A stretch of DNA of 63,099 nucleotides, filler included, from Kipferlia bialata (lineage: Eukaryota): NCBI GenBank assembly GCA_003568945.1. It is 4 parts of 4 records of this genome, joined end to end, with 100 filler letters (N's around TTAATTAATTAA, not from the genome) between each part and the next. Parts side by side here need not be neighbours in the genome. Positions count along the whole stretch, not along the records: positions 54,772 to 63,099 come from BDIP01000352.1; 3 more parts are not named here. One strand, given 5' to 3'. Positions 62,104 to 63,099 of the stretch are shown here, in pieces. Both the position numbers and the translations under genes were made by a program. Position 1 is the stretch's first letter. Each line of letters begins with the position of its first letter. The notes under the pieces are model-generated. The model did no database searches and was not told the origin of the DNA. It saw only the letters and a list, made by a program, of their open reading frames with translations.

Positions 62104-62413
62104 CCGTAATGATAATACCATTGTTCCGTTGAGTTTCTTTTGTTTTCATACCAGTATTCGGATGGTGTTCCTTGTATAATAGATATCTAGCAAGTACAAT
62201 GTAGGTCGACCTTTTGAGGAACCCAGGGGACCACTTGTTGTACCGTGTTGTGTTAGTGGGTTGAGGCTATTTCTTGTGGCTTGGAGAAAGGGTTCAGCAA
62301 AACACATTAAGGAGCACCGGTGTCCACTCTCTACCAGACTACTTGTCCCCCATACCCCACTACACCCAGCTGTATATCTAGTCCTGAGTTCCTTGTGGCT
62401 CTAAGAGTGCAAT

Positions 62414-62909
62414 ATGTCGTTCTTCGGGCGTATCTTCCAGGATAAGGCGGAGCAGGTTCAGGTAAGGGTCGGTTTCGTTTGAGTTAGATTGGCTGTGGGC
62501 AGTTGGGGAGTGTTATTTCCACAACCAATATTGTTAAGTGTGCCCCTGAGGCTCTGTGGAAGCATTGGTGTACCATAATACCTTACGTTGGATCATGCAT
62601 ATCCCCCTAGTGTGTCTCACCCCAGAACAGCTGGTCCCTGACAGCCCAGGAGATCACAGACCTCTCTGAGACTGGAGTGTGTACGTGGGTGTATACATAT
62701 GTATCTAATATCTGGTAATGATACCCCCCCCACCCCCCCACACGCTCTCTCTCTCTCTTGTACATGTGTCACATATGATATATGTGTTATATACATATAT
62801 GTTTCCCTCACTGTCAGTCAATGCCAAGCAGCTGAAGCGTATCAGCAGGCGCTTTGCCAGGCTGTCTGACACAGAGGACCACCCTGTCACCTGGATGGAC
62901 TTTAAGAAG
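62414..62909 (+). CDS. 5' part of a calcineurin-B / CHP-like EF-hand protein (continues beyond the window)
   Basis: Three in-phase exons give MSFFGRIFQDKAEQVQNSWSLTAQEITDLSETGVFNAKQLKRISRRFARLSDTEDHPVTWMDFKK, resembling CHP1 (EELEEIKKETGFSHSQITRLYSRFTSLD...LSREDF). Confidence 0.7.
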
Positions 62910-63099
62910 GTACATGCTCAGTTCCATTGTCTCTTTCCCTCTGCCTGAGTGGGTCTCTTTGCATATATAAGAGTGGACTGCTTCTTGCCTTCCAATTACT
63001 TTCAGCTCACTCTGATTGCTATATCATTGGTATCTCATTCTCTCTCCCCCCCCCCCCCCCCCCCCCCCCCCCACCCCCCCTCCCCCCCCCCTCCACCCC

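Overview
Eukaryotic, intron-dense genomic DNA of about 49-50% GC (estimated by eye). It has short GT-AG introns ending in a fused branch-point/acceptor motif (CTRAC/CTCAC-CCCCAG) and many (TA)n, (GA)n and poly-C/G tracts. This style is most consistent with the free-living fornicate Kipferlia bialata, but that is inference and not verified. Three 100-nt assembly gaps carry a TTAATTAATTAA linker. Hand-spliced genes, in order: a 3' part of a NOM1/Sgd1-like MA3 protein, an unknown alpha-helical protein, Vps24/CHMP3, ATG9, an AAAP/SLC38 amino-acid transporter, a BPI/LBP gene, an ARM-repeat protein, a large unknown protein, a giant FG-GAP plus Ig-repeat type-I membrane protein, a small SET-fold protein with a degenerate active site, a second BPI/LBP gene, a coiled-coil protein, two divergently oriented membrane class-III nucleotide cyclases, and a calcineurin-B/CHP-like 5' fragment. 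The most unusual signal is 'exon echoes'. In three genes (1-6 kb and 38.7-45 kb), most exons have 15-60 nt copies of their first bases (with an acceptor) upstream and/or of their last bases (with a donor) downstream, inside the neighbouring introns. The copies differ from the real exon mostly at synonymous sites, while the intron sequence around them is largely unrelated.
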